From positions 1,488,001 through 1,552,000 of the forward strand of contig NC_135767.1 of NCBI RefSeq assembly GCF_052425735.1: DNA of 64,000 nucleotides, written 5' to 3'. Source of the DNA: Oculina patagonica (Eukaryota). Position numbers and translations under genes: made by a program. Shown here piece by piece: positions 39,001-50,700 of the stretch (positions within the stretch are counted from its first letter, which is position 1; each line of letters opens with the position of its first letter). The notes under the pieces are model-generated. The model was not told the DNA's origin. It ran no database searches and saw only the letters and a list, made by a program, of their open reading frames with translations.

Positions 39001-41418
39001 TTATACAATACTGACATGTACATTGAAGTAAAATGATAACCAATGAAAAATGATCAAGCTAATTTACAAACCTTTTTTCGAGTTTTCCACTACATCTACT
39101 CCAAATTGAACAATATCTCCAGATTTGATCTCTTTAGGTTCACTTTCCTCTGAACCTTTACTTAGTCGCACATTGTTTACAAATGTTCCATTGCTACTTT
39201 TGGTGTCTTGCAAGTAAAACTGGAAAAGAAAAATACATTAATGTTGCATTGTCAAATCACAGAATATAACTTGATTAACAAAACAACAAAAACATAAAAG
39301 CCTGCAGATAGCACTGCTTAAAAACTTGGCAGAGTTTGAAAAAGTTATTACAGTCAAATTCGCTATAAATATTTAAGGGAATAAACTCAACTATTGACTG
39401 GTTTTCTGTCTTGTTTCATATTGAGACAGATGTAAATTAGCAGAGAATTGAAAGGATTCTGATCTTTGTATAATATTATGGCTCAGAAATTTGATCCAAA
39501 AAATCCACACTAATGACGAAGTTTTTGAGAGATCGTCATACATATTTTTTTTACGTACATGTACAGATGTAGTGTCTCTGATTCTTCCTCAGTTTTGAAT
39601 TTTCGGATTCAAGTAAAAACCAATCAGAGGCATTACATGCATGTATATATTGTGGTTTAAATTAATATTTGGTTCAAAACTTTTTAAACCAGTTTGATTT
39701 TTACTTTTGCTTGTCCTATATCTATTATTATTATCCGAAACAAAAGGAATTAAAATTCAAACTGGTTTGAAAAATTTTAAACCAAAGACAAATTTAAACC
39801 ACAACATGTACATGTGAGTGTATGTCCATGTACATCTGTATGGAATTTTGGGGGCAAATCTCAGACAAAGATATAAGGCAGTGAAAGATTCCTGTGTAAT
39901 CAGGCTACATGTACATGTATATAATGGGGTTTGGGGTTGTTTGAATATTACAACAACATACTTCAGAAAAATACTTGAGAAGCAGTTGTATTTAAGTGCT
40001 GCTTGCCTGTGAGCAGGACTTTATGCTTTAGATAATATTCTGATAAATTTTGAATGATGTCAAAAGGTGCTCAATTATATTAATCTCACTGATACTATAA
40101 ATAAACCTACACAATTACTAACATTTCACCAAGGTCACCAAGTTTATACGGAAACAAGTGAAATTCATAGTTGAAGTCATTTTCCACTCTTAACACAGTC
40201 ACTGAGGGATTATAAACTCACATTAGCCTTCACCTGCTTAAAACTTGTAAGAAAGTGAACACAAATCAAATGAATGCTATGCAAGTTGAACTTTGCGTAA
40301 TTATATAGAGCTTGGGTAGCCTTTGATTTACCAGGGTTACAACAGCAGAAAAAATATGTCCCAGCTTGCATACACACATGAAAATTAACACTCCTTTTGA
40401 ATAAACAAAATATATTTACTTTTAATTAATAATAGCATTTCCGTTTTGTGGTTCAGACAGGTTTATTGACACTTGACAAAATAGAAGGAAAAAGGAAGGA
40501 AGGACTTAAAACCAAATAAGGCAAACCTGTTGTGCAGAGCATTAAAAATTGGTTGGACTATTTTTAGTGAAACTGAAATTATTGAATGAAAGCAAACACG
40601 CGCACAGAAGCGGGCATGTTTATTTATACATCATGCAAGACATTTTCAACGAAAGAAATCCTGGTATCTCATGTAAGGCGAATTCCAAAACACGTAATCT
40701 TCTATAGCGAACCAGTAATCTGTCGCTGTGTCTAATTGATTAAGCTTGTTGTTTTTCCCAAAATTAAAGGCGGAATGGTTAAAAGACGATGAGAAATTTT
40801 CAAACATTTTGCTCGATCAAAGATCAATATTGTAGCAAGTCGTATGTGACAAGTACAAAATTATTTCGACAAGTTTTGTTTCCGGAAAAATTCACGCAAT
40901 TATTCGTTTAACAAGGACCCTTGAATTGAAGATTAATTTACAATCTTCAACGCAAGTCTCGCTTAAGCGACAAGCCTTCGTACATCATCTATCTGCCATG
41001 CAACGATCGGTGACAACGCTGTCAAACGGACCTTGGTGAAAACGTTAGGAACTCGGTTATACAGCTAAATGGCGGCTTACATAACGACTTTGGTCCCTTA
41101 CACTTTGATCAACGTTATAAATTTTAAAAGACGTCCATTAACTTCTCATTATATGAACGAACTTTTCAGACAATGCAGGTAATTTCTTGATGTAAACATC
41201 GCCTTTATAATGAGCCATAAAAGTATACTGACCTTCCCATCTTCATACCACAAGATAGCATGGTTTCGGGACAAGACTTTGCAGTCGAAGATACAATTGT
41301 TTGTAGCGGGTCTGCTTTTCGCTACTGAACGTCCTATTTTCACTGGTTCCGTCAAAGGAACTCTCCTCTCTTCAAAGGGATGGGAATTAGGCCGAGAAGT
41401 GAATACTGCCATCGCCAT
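9720..41418 (-). CDS. SLMAP: sarcolemmal membrane-associated protein (FHA domain, long coiled coil, C-terminal tail anchor), ~927 aa
   Basis: N-terminal FHA ..[58 protein letters not shown], then [22 protein letters not shown], as in SLMAP. Exons: 41418-41233, 39219-39072, 38592-38529, 33117-33087, 32658-32605, 32107-32012, 31299-31228, 30664-30587, 30142-30080, 29222-29124, 28710-28636, 28345-28271, 28125-28068, 27477-27403, 21333-21262, 20702-20631, 20533-20471, 19503-19441, 19081-18977, 18870-18730, 18311-18249, 17207-17106, 16756-16694, 16171-16109, 15833-15771, 14893-14831, 14434-14372, 14147-14001, 13831-13756, 13432-13321, 12862-12803, 12238-12131, 9830-9720 ([20 protein letters not shown]). 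Sum 2784 nt, frame closed; middle exons are less certain. Confidence 0.92.
9902..11577. repeat. foldback-like element with ~440-bp inverted arms and internal ~188-bp tandem units
   Basis: 9902-~10348 is the reverse complement of ~11148-11577, which explains the near-identical spurious ORFs 9937-10140(-) and 11208-11543(+). Internal periodicity: CGATAAA at 10363/10551/10738 and GAATGCGTAAATGCCG at 10511/10699. Confidence 0.85.
11772..12003. mobile_element. MITE with GATGAGAGT internal repeats
   Basis: Ends TAAGCCTGGGCCAAACGAGGATGAGAGTT / AACTCTCATCCTCGCTTTGTCCGGGTCTTAA. Confidence 0.65.
12951..13282. mobile_element. MITE with ACGCAAGT internal repeats
   Basis: Ends AAGTCCTGGCCAAACGGCAACGC / GCGTTGCTGTTTGGCCAGGACTT. 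Confidence 0.7.
14472..14606. mobile_element. 135-bp MITE with 6-bp TSD
   Basis: Perfect 20-bp TIR AGGCCTACTCTGGGACCCAA; GTATGA duplicated at 14466-14471 and 14607-14612. Confidence 0.85.
17463..17743. mobile_element. hAT-type MITE
   Basis: TIR CAGGGTTGCCACA / TGTGGCAACCCTG; the interior is homopolymer-garbled. Confidence 0.65.
21524..22242. mobile_element. PIF/Harbinger-type MITE
   Basis: TIR GGGACCGGTCAT(A)TTTATGTAGAGGGG / CCCCTCTACATAAATAATGACCGGTCCC; TTA on both flanks (3-bp TWA TSD). Confidence 0.8.
22942..23711. mobile_element. pogo/Tigger-type MITE
   Basis: TA|CAGTTGAACCTCGATTATCCGGA ... TCCAGATAATCGAGGTTTAACTA|TA. Confidence 0.75.
25885..26282. repeat. interspersed repeat with internal direct repeat and (ACAT)n microsatellite
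   Basis: CCACCACAAGATTAGGATGCGTT..CCTACCGTC occurs at ~25958 and ~26229; (ACAT)~7 at ~26138-26166. Confidence 0.55.
26760..27245. mobile_element. pogo/Tigger-type MITE
   Basis: TA|CAGTGGAACCTCGATTTAA ... TTAAATCGAGGTTCCACTG|TA. Confidence 0.85.
29290..29786. mobile_element. Tc1/mariner-superfamily MITE (CCGTA ends, ATAAGCGCCC repeats)
   Basis: TA|CCGTAATGATTCGATTT ... AAATCGAATCATTACGG|TA; the subterminal repeats create the spurious ORF 29223-29591. Confidence 0.85.
29863..30063. mobile_element. hAT-type MITE with 6-bp TSD
   Basis: TIR CAGGGCTGC / GCAGCCCTG; CTCATA at 29857-29862 and 30064-30069. Confidence 0.8.
33926..38280 (+). mobile_element. full-length hAT-superfamily DNA transposon in SLMAP intron 3
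   Basis: Left end CAGGGTTTTTATTA versus reverse-complemented right end CAGGGGTTTCATTA (12/14). AGCCAC duplicated at 33920-33925 and 38281-38286. Right subterminal TTTAGTAAATTC repeats (~37760-38000). Encodes an intact transposase. Confidence 0.9.
34321..37676 (+). CDS. hAT transposase (ZNF862/KIAA1586-like): zinc finger, DDE core, C-terminal dimerisation region
   Basis: ORF 35085-37676 has CFLC..H..H zinc-finger ligands, IDEVTD, CTDGAS, HCICH (CxxH), TRW and WPERGAS. Probable first exon 34321-34393 ([24 protein letters not shown], phase 1, GTGAGT) joins in frame to the acceptor at 35104. Confidence 0.88.
38710..38885 (-). mobile_element. degenerate, truncated copy of the tRNA-derived SINE
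   Basis: Shares GTACCCATTTATACACCTGGGTG and GTGTCTTGCCCAAGAACAC with the element at 53322-53618. Confidence 0.7.
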
Positions 41419-43021
41419 TTTACTGATTTCATGTTGTTCTTCGCGCCGACCATAAATTGTACGTGAGAAGTTGACAACTAATGCGCATGAGCAGTTTGAA
41501 CGGCTCCGCTGCTGTCACGTGATTTGGAACTACCTTCCCCTCCCTACTGGAAGTGAAATATAAGGAGAAGAGGAAGAGAAGGGCTAATCTACAAAATACC
41601 TTATTATAGGAATATAACGAAGAATTTTAACAACGCGAACAAAATATACGCGTAATAAAATTAACGCGAATTGTCAAAAATTTATGTTTACACGCATTTA
41701 ATTAACGCGAATTCTCGTGTGGTGTGTGCTTACACGCAGTTAATTAACGCGCGAATTTGTTGCGTAGTAATTTTTTACAGCAACTTGGGCTATTCAAAAG
41801 TCAAAGCAACAACGTCCAAGAACGGAATTTGAGGTTCAATTCTGATAAACCATATACGCGACAAAGAAATTTAAATCGTTAATTTCCTGTAATATAATTA
41901 TTCAATGAATGGGTCCAGGGATGGAATACATCCCGTCCTGGCGCTTTCCACTGCCTCAGTTATTCCTGCAGCTTTGACGGAGAAGTAGATGTTGCACCCG
42001 GAAATAAAGGTGTCTTAAAATAACAATGCTGGAAAATAGAGTGACTTGAATTAACAATGACGTAAATTAAGGTACATAAAATTAACGCGAATTTTTGAAA
42101 TTCGCGTTAATTACATGTATCGTTAATTTCCTATAATAAGGTACTTTCTTTTCTACCTATGAACGTCCTATTTTCACTGGTTCCTACTGAACGTCCTATT
42201 TTCACTGGTTCCGTCAAAGGAACTCTCCTCTCTTCAAAGGGATGGGAATTAGGCCGAGAAGTGAATACTGCCATCGCCATTTTACTGATTTCATGTTGTT
42301 CTTCGCGCTGACCATAAATTGTACGTGAGAAGTTGACAACTAATGCGCATGAGCAGTTTGAACGGCTCCGCTGCTGTCACGTGATTTGGAACTACCTTCC
42401 CCTCCCTACTGGAAGTGAAATATAAGGAGAAGAGGAAGAGAAGGGCTAATCTACAAAATACCTTATTATAGGAATATAACGAAGAATTTTAACAACGCGA
42501 ACAAAATATACGCGTAATAAAATTAACGCGAATTGTCAAAAATTTATGTTTACACGCATTTAATTAACGCGAATTCTCGTGTGGTGTGTGCTTACACGCA
42601 GTTAATTAACGCGCGAATTTGTTGCGTAGTAATTTTTTACAGCAACTTGGGCTATTCAAAAGTCAAAGCAACAACGTCCAAGAACGGAATTTGAGGTTCA
42701 ATTCTGATAAACCATATACGCGACAAAGAAATTTAAATCGTTAATTTCCTGTAATATAATTATTCAATGAATGGGTCCAGGGATGGAATACATCCCGTCC
42801 TGGCGCTTTCCACTGCCTCAGTTATTCCTGCAGCTTTGACGGAGAAGTAGATGTTGCACCCGGAAATAAAGGTGTCTTAAAATAACAATGCTGGAAAATA
42901 GAGTGACTTGAATTAACAATGACGTAAATTAAGGTACATAAAATTAACGCGAATTTTTGAAATTCGCGTTAATTACATGTATCGTTAATTTCCTATAATA
43001 AGGTACTTTCTTTTCTACCTA
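41322..43021. repeat. tandem duplication (838-bp unit, offset 862) of the SLMAP promoter and 5' half of exon 1
   Basis: 41322-42159 matches 42184-43021 (I saw one C/T difference, 41447/42309); the copies are separated by 24 bp (42160-42183) copied from 41326-41349. Confidence 0.92.
41599..42141. mobile_element. TA-flanked MITE with AATTAACGCG repeats (second copy 42461-43003)
   Basis: TA|CCTTATTATAGGAATATAACGA ... TCGTTAATTTCCTATAATAAGG|TA. Confidence 0.8.
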
Positions 43022-44310
43022 GCGCGAGAGCGAAAACAGGAATGCGAGGGAGGTGACAAATCTGCATATATAACTATAAAGTCCACTCGCAGGGACGAGA
43101 AACGACCGACTGCTAACTTTTTCTTTTTCCAACTCTTGGTTTTCACATGACGTCATCAAAATTTTAAAAATTTAATACATGTCTTATTAAAGGTTTTCAG
43201 TTCGCAGGTTCGTTTAGTTCCCCCATCTTAAAGATATAACATTTTGAATTTCGGAATTTCGCGCCACACGACATCAAAATGGTCGCCTGAAGGCTGTCAC
43301 GCCTCATTCTGGTATTTTTTAACAATCTAAACAGTTGACGTTTTCGAGAAGTGTTTATGTGAATGTTTACGTGTTTAATGAAGGCAAACGTGACCGCTTT
43401 TTATAGCAGATGTAAATGCCAGATGTTTTCACAGTTTTTTTCCGGCGGCCATCTTGGAGCCCCTTCACACGGACTCCAGCATGGCATTTCCATACTGTGC
43501 TCTCTTAATCAGTGTAAAACATTTAAACGGATAACTCAAGTACGGAGTACCGTACAGACCTGAGACTTGGACACGGTGTTTATCCAGTAATTTTCTACAA
43601 CCTGTAAAATTCTAGATTTTTTTGAGTCAATAGCTTTGGATTTATTTTTTAGTAGCGCGTGACAGAAGCGTTACTGGCGTGACAGTGAAAACCAGCAATG
43701 GGGTGAGCCGTCAAGAGCCCATGGAGCCGTTAGCCGTAAAACGACCAAAACTTTAGCTGTTAGGCGCAAAAATTGGAAAATTTTATCCATTAGCGGTAAA
43801 AAATCGGTCAGTATAATCGGTCATCGTCCCAGAACGGGAGGAGGAGCCTTTTTTATAACAAAAAGCACCTGAAAAAAGCTTTTTCCCAGGTGGTTACTGG
43901 ACTTAATAGCGATTATTACCATTTGTTGTATCGACAAAAAAATGCGTAATATGTTGTTGAAGCGTGACATCCGATATATGATACTCAGCCGTCAGTATTA
44001 AAGGTCAAAGGCGCTTTGATGGCTTTTTGAAGACTTTGAAGGCAGAGATGCCAGGGCTGTTTTCTTTCTACTACTAAAACTCATAAAATATAACGTGTCC
44101 CTTTCGTTTATATCTCTTACTGGTCATTTCTAACTATCCGGTTTTATTCTGCTTTGTGGTCCAAGCGGGGATTCCTTGTTGAATTGAGTTAACACAGGCC
44201 AAATGCGTATAACGCACGTAATTTTATCCCTCAAGTGGCAAGTAATTTAAAAAATCCTTTCGTCCTATTCCCCTTACTCCACCCAGGCAATTTCAAGTGG
44301 ATGAAAAAAG

Positions 44311-44585
44311 ATGACTACTAGACTATTTTTAAAAGCCAATGAAAGCTTATCAGCGTGACCTTCAATGCCCTGCCTGGGCACCAGGCTCCACCCGGTTAAT
44401 CAATATAATACAGTGGCATTCACTGGTAACTGACGTGGACAGTTCCCATAGTTCCCAGTTCCCATGACTACTAGACTATTTTTAAAAAGCCAATGAAAGC
44501 TAATCAGCGTGACCCTGCCTGGGCACCAGGCTCCACCCGGTTAATCAATATATACAGTGGCATTCAAATGTGGACAGTTCCTATA
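44311..44585 (+). promoter_or_regulatory. duplicated ~120-150-bp proximal block with CCAAT motifs upstream of the DED-STAND gene
   Basis: ATGACTACTAGACTATTTTTAAAAGCCAATGAAAGC..CAGCGTGACC..CTGCCTGGGCACCAGGCTCCACCCGGTTAATCAATATA occurs at 44311 and 44464; CRE-like TGACGTCA at 44599-44606. Confidence 0.5.
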
Positions 44586-44728
44586 GTCTAGTCACGAGTG
44601 ACGTCATGGGTGATCAGTTCCGCGTTCATAAGCAGCTGTGCTTTAACTAATCGTATTGAGTAGAGTATTGCGTGCTAACGGATTCACCTGCAGGTTCTTC
44701 AAAAGTTTACCGAAGAAATAGTTTAAAT

Positions 44729-47700
44729 ATGACGGGCTTGTCGTTCAAGTCGCTTCTGATGTCCATTTCGGATCAACTCAAGAGCGAAGACCTCGACAGA
44801 ATGAAGTTTGGCCTGGACTTACCTCAGGGGAAATTAGAAGACGTGCACAAACCGTATGAACTTTTTCAAAAAATGATAAACGCTAAGCTGTTATCTGAGG
44901 AAAATCGCGACCATTTAGCGTCCCTATTACAGTTTGCTGGGCGAATCGATTTAAGTAAAGAGCTGCTTCAAGACATTCATGATCAAGTGAAGTCAACTAC
45001 TGAACAAGGTGAGCTACAAAGAGCTAAATTTGCTACTACAAATTATTCTAAAAGAGGGACACGAAATGGCATTCAATCAGCTTACATAGAACTGGAAACA
45101 TAACTATATAAAGCACCTGTCTTTCTTTCTCTATTTTATGTTTTCCTGAACTTTAAGCGTTTTAAATAATGCTACACGGGACGAGAACAATAATGATAAT
45201 GATAATTTTCCATATGTATATATACAAAAGCAACTACCCTGTACAGTTCAGTTCTTCCAAACACAATTCTATGATCAGTTTAGGACGTTCTTTGTTGACA
45301 GCTAGTATGAATAGCTAATAACTATAAACAAATCTGGATCTACTGCTCACCGAGTAAGAAAGAACGAAGGAAAGAAAATTGTTGTCAATTTACTACAAAA
45401 GCGGAAGTCGATCAGGATCGAAAGATTTTCTGCGTGACCATCATTGAATCCAAAGATAAAGAATTACCAATTTTCTCCAATTCCTAGGACGTATTTTAGA
45501 GATGATTTTTCTCGTCTGGTCACTCGAGCTTCATTTATTTATTAATTTTGGTTAACAAATCAGAGAAGCCAGAATTTTTTCTGTAAATGGGACTGAATTC
45601 GTCACGCTGTTTAATATTGCAGTTCAAATGTTGAAGGTTACATGTGTTTACGTTTCGGAAATCACGCTATCACTAAAATCGTTTTGTAGCCGTTATTGGG
45701 ATGAAAGTCAGTGGTAGTGGACAGTTTTACAGTGTAAAACAATGATTCTTGTGGAAGAAATAACTGTTGTTTGTTTGCCAGAGGTTCGCGCGTCCAAAAG
45801 TGCACGAAATATCCTCGACCCTTCCGGTGTCAATATTCGCGTGCTTTCCGCCATGTGCGCTGACGGTCACGTCACGGATGGAGTGATACCAAGTGACTTA
45901 GAACATTAATATGCTGCTAGTGGTTTAATTGTTTATTTGTTATCGGTTATTCATGAATTCTGAATAAGGGCAATCAGTTGAAAACATGTTCGCTCTGCAT
46001 AAGAAATGAATGAAACTCTAGGGGGAGTGGGGTTGGGACTAACAGCGACTACAGGAAGGGGAACAGGAAGGGGTTGAACAGGCGCGGCTGTGTATTTAGC
46101 GTGGCTAATTCAAGGAGGGAATTTGTCTCACCAAAATTAAAACTATGTGATTCCAGTTTTGAATTTCATTTGGTTGTAAATATTTTAACTTCGTAAGGGT
46201 ACGAGATTATCCAGTTAATCGTAACAGAATGCTTGATTTTGATTGGTTCTGCGCGCCCCTATTTAAAGAGTACCGATTGGCGCGCGATCGCGTGGGTGTC
46301 CAATGTGAACAACCTCGCGCGTCAATCACCAGCATTTAAATGGGTTCTCTCTTGTTCAGTTATTTTTCTACTGTTTTTACAACCTGTTGAATTTACCTTT
46401 AACTTTTTCACACAAAAAAGGTTCTTAAAGACTTCATAACCTCAAATTTTGTTATCGATACGATTGATAAGTAATTGGACATCGTGTCGTACAATTCAGA
46501 GAGTAATCGTGCTCATAATTTCAAAAAAGTTTTTTTGAAATTACTTGCCCAATTACTCCCTGAATTGTACTCCACTCAGTTCAATTACTATTTCTTATTC
46601 TACTAGTTCCACAAGTTATTCTACTATCTTTGTTTTGCGTTTTAGAAATCAGTTCATTTTTCGATGGCCAAGACAACGCCCTCCCCTGCAGACCACCTCA
46701 TTTTTACGGAAGAGATGAAACTTTGGATGAAATTGTTGGAATACTCAGTGAAAACGATGGCCGACGCCTTGTTGTCATAACTGGACCACCAGGTTACGGA
46801 AAATCCTGTTTAGCGCGAGCTATCGGTCACACTATGCTTGAAAAAGAATTCCAAGTTATTTTCTTGTCCTTACGGGAAATTAAGTCTGTAGACAAAATGT
46901 CTACGAATATTCTTCTTGCTTTGAATGTTTCCCAGGGAGTCGCCAACAGGCAGCGGGATTTGGCTTTGTCGCATTTAAGTTCTTTAACCACGAAGACTAT
47001 TTTGATTTTGGACAATGCTGAAGATCTTATAAATCAACCGGACACGAAACAAAAATTTGGTAGTTTTGTTGATCACGTGATTATGTATGCAAAGAATGTG
47101 CAATGCGTCATCGCCTCAAGAGTGTCGTGTCCAGCCTCTTGTCAGACCTTGCGTCACCCGGTCGAACTAGGCGCCTTAGAAAACGATGCCGCGGCTAAAC
47201 TACTTCAAGCAAAGGTTCAAGAAAACTCCAAATTAACGCTCGAAGACGCTGAAGCTTCAACCATTGCTAACCTTTGTTTGAACATTCCCCTCATTTTGCA
47301 CGCTGCGGCAGCTTACTTGGAAGTTGTCAACCCGCAGACACTTATTCAAATTTTGGAAGAAAATTTCACCGCTCCTTTAGACCTGGCGGACATGGATGAT
47401 TTGTCACCGGACTTTAAAATGAAGCGCTTTCTCAAAGATTGTTTGCAACAGCTCGGCCAAGAACTAGAAGAGGCGCTTATCTCGTTGGCTGTCTTCCCAG
47501 CTGCTTTCAGTTACGAACAAGCAGCGTGCGTTTATGGTTCACACCAACTCCACTCCACTTTGATGCAGCTTGTGAAGAGATCCCTTGTACACAGTAATGT
47601 GACATCTAAGACGTTTGTTGTCCACCGAGTCATTCAGCTTTGCTGCGAGGAAAAAGCCGAGAAAGATGAGCGGTTGTGCGCGTGTTACAGCAATGCGCGC

Positions 47701-50700
47701 CAGAGGTTTATTGAACATTATTTGAGTCTAATTACAGAACTTCATCGGGGATTTTTAAGCAAAGATGACTCGAAAAAGACACTTTGTCGTTATTTTGCAG
47801 AGGAGCAGCACATTATTCAAGCAATTTGGTGGGCGGCCAAAAGTGGTACAGCGCTCGCTACACGCTGTGCAGAGATTCTCAACCAAGCAGTCATTTTCTT
47901 ATGCAAAGTCATGAAGAAGAGTGAATTTGAAAAACTCTACGAGGTCGTCCTCAACTGTTGCCAAGGAGATTTGCGGATCGTGGCTGATTGTCTTACGTGT
48001 GTTGGTATAAATCAAATCTACAGCTGTGAGTGCCACCGGACATGTGACGTAGTGTCAGAATGGGGCTACAGGATACTCCAGAGAGCGTTGGGGAACTACG
48101 AACAGCTAAACCTGACAGAGGGAGATCTAGTAGCGCAGTGCAATAGCAAGATCGCCCGTTGCATGGCCATGAATGGAAATCCTATAACAGCTCTTAAACT
48201 GAGCGCAAAAGCTCTTGCTATCTGTGAAAAGAAGAAAGAAGAGGAACCCCTGCAGTATGCAGCTTGCTGTAACGATAGAGCAGGTTTGACGCATTTGACT
48301 GCTTCATCGTTAAGTAAGGGGAATACAGATAGACAGTCGAGGGAATAAGTGCCAGTTTTGGCAAATCTTCGTTGAAGCACTCAAAAAATTTCCGAATTAT
48401 TTCATCCAATCAAAAACTTGCGCGAGTGCTCACGAGTGCTCCGAAATCACGCGTACAATTACGTCATGTTGCTTAGCAACTTCTGGGACGAAAACCGCGG
48501 GCTCAGTCACTTCTCGGAGAAGTGATATCCGGCCATGATTCTGTCGTCATCAAATGGCACTTGTTCCGACGACTGTAGAGTGAGATTTGCGCTATAACCG
48601 GTTGGAGAAATTTCTGCTGATCCGCCAAAAAATTACAATCATTTGAAAATAACCCGGTAGGAGACACAAGTTAAACTGTTGAACGTGTTTGTTGCAGATT
48701 GTACAGAAAAAGTTTTCTGGTTTGGTTTTAATTGAGTCGAGCCCATACTTTATACAAAGAGTCGCAAAAGTCACAAGAGGGTCTGAATGGGGTTTATTTG
48801 CTCATAATTTTTAGTATTTGCTGTAAAATTGGCAAATGTTTAGGAAAAAATTAGCATTGAAAATTCTTATCTGCTCTTCTAAAATCGGATAAAATCAGTC
48901 ATGAACTTAGAGAAAATTTTCGGATTTCTCCTCGGAAATCTTCAGTAGGCTTCTTAGTTCTTCAGCAGTCTTTGGAAATCTTCGGCAGTCTTCGGGAATA
49001 TTCGGTAGACTTTGGAAATCGTCCGAACTGATCGGTAAACGTCGGAAATGGCCGACAACTTCTTCATATACTAAACAAAATAATATTGGTCTTTTTGGAG
49101 TCGTTTTTATTTCTTTTCGCTGAAAATTTGCTGTTACAATGATTTTTTTACTGTTAGTGTTAAAATGCCTAAAATTTTACTGTTTCGTGTTACAGAGCCA
49201 AAAAAATAAAGTGTTTAGTGTTATCGACGTAACCCCATTCAGACCCTCTCACAAGTTTAATTGTTTTGATTAACACGGGTTAATTTGCTTCATTAGTTGT
49301 ACAAAGCTCCTTGAACAACCACGAGGAAGCCCTGAGCCTCAGAGAACGCGCTCTCAGTGCTTGTGTTGACCAACTAGACGATCACCCATTAACAGGAACC
49401 CTTTATAACTACCTTGGTAATGATTGCCTCGCGCTGGGCAACTTTGATAAAGCTGTTGAATATTTCTCCAAGGCGCTAAGCATCAGGAATGAGTTTCTTG
49501 GGTTTTACCACCAAAAGACTTCCCGCACACTCCACGATTTGGGTGTAGCTTACAAAATGAAGGTTAGTTTATCTTTTTTTCGTGTTTACTTTTTATAAGC
49601 TATAATAGGTCTCGCACGATCGAGTGTGAGAGGTCTGCAATCTGTTAAGATTGTATTTGACATTACCTGTGGCATCGGCGACTTCAGAGTGTAAATTTCT
49701 GCCCTCCAACGTCTGAAGAACAACCCAAAAAACACCATGAAGCGGGATCGTCTGATCTGCCTAGTTATGCATTGTCACAAATCGATTTCGGACACACCGG
49801 ACATTGTTAAAGACATTTTGGGAGGGGGTATGCGCTTTGCTTGGGGTGCGATAGCCCCCCACCCCCGGGGTTTGAAAACGCTCTGCCGCCTCAGTAAACC
49901 ATGGTCACATCCTCAAAATGGCGTCGGTAGCAGCCCAGAACTAAAAACTGCGGCTAAAAGTTGTCAAACGCAATTTTGCAGATAGTGTACATGCTGCAGG
50001 TCAAAATGATGTTCAGGTTAAATCTTTTTTCAACCTAGGTTGATCTGTTTCAGCCCGAAGATAACGCTCTTTTAATAACTTATAATAATTCGAATTTATT
50101 TATTAGGATTTTTTAATCAATTTAAATTGTTTTAAGTGATTAAAAGAGTATCAGATCTTCAGATTGAAACAGATGAACCTAGGTTGAAAACAGATTTAAC
50201 CTGAAAACCAATTTGTCCTGCAACCATGCAGAAGCCATAATTGGGTCCCATAATCGGAGCCATAATCGGGTCCCATAATCGGAGCCATAATCGGTTCCCA
50301 TAATCGGGTCCTATAATTGGAGCCATAATTGGGTCCCATAATTGGAGCCATAATTGGGTCACATAATTGGAGCCATAATCGGGTCCCATAATCGGAGTCA
50401 TAATCGGTTATGTTGCCAGCAATGCGTGCAACATTGTGCCCAATGCAAAAGCTTGAGTGTTGCATCGTGTATTCAGGCCTATGACTGATTCTAATAAATT
50501 TTCCTTCATTTCCAGGGAGACTATGTCAACGCTATGGAGAAACTAAACTCGGCCGTTGTGATCCAAGAAGCCTTGTTTGACATTCCACAGGAGAAACTCT
50601 ATTCCCTCCAGGAGAAGAGTGAAGTATGCTGTCGGCTGAATTTACCTGATAGTGAAACATGCGTTCAGCAAATACAAGTAAAAATAGAAGAATGCAAGGA

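Noticed and set aside
17400-40000. Frequent TACATGTA palindromes in SLMAP introns
   Set aside because: Dispersed with no spacing pattern; cannot be distinguished from a genome-wide compositional bias without counts.
50159-50465. Repeat array as CRISPR or as a repeat protein
   Set aside because: No unique spacers, eukaryotic intron context and no cas genes; it is a minisatellite.
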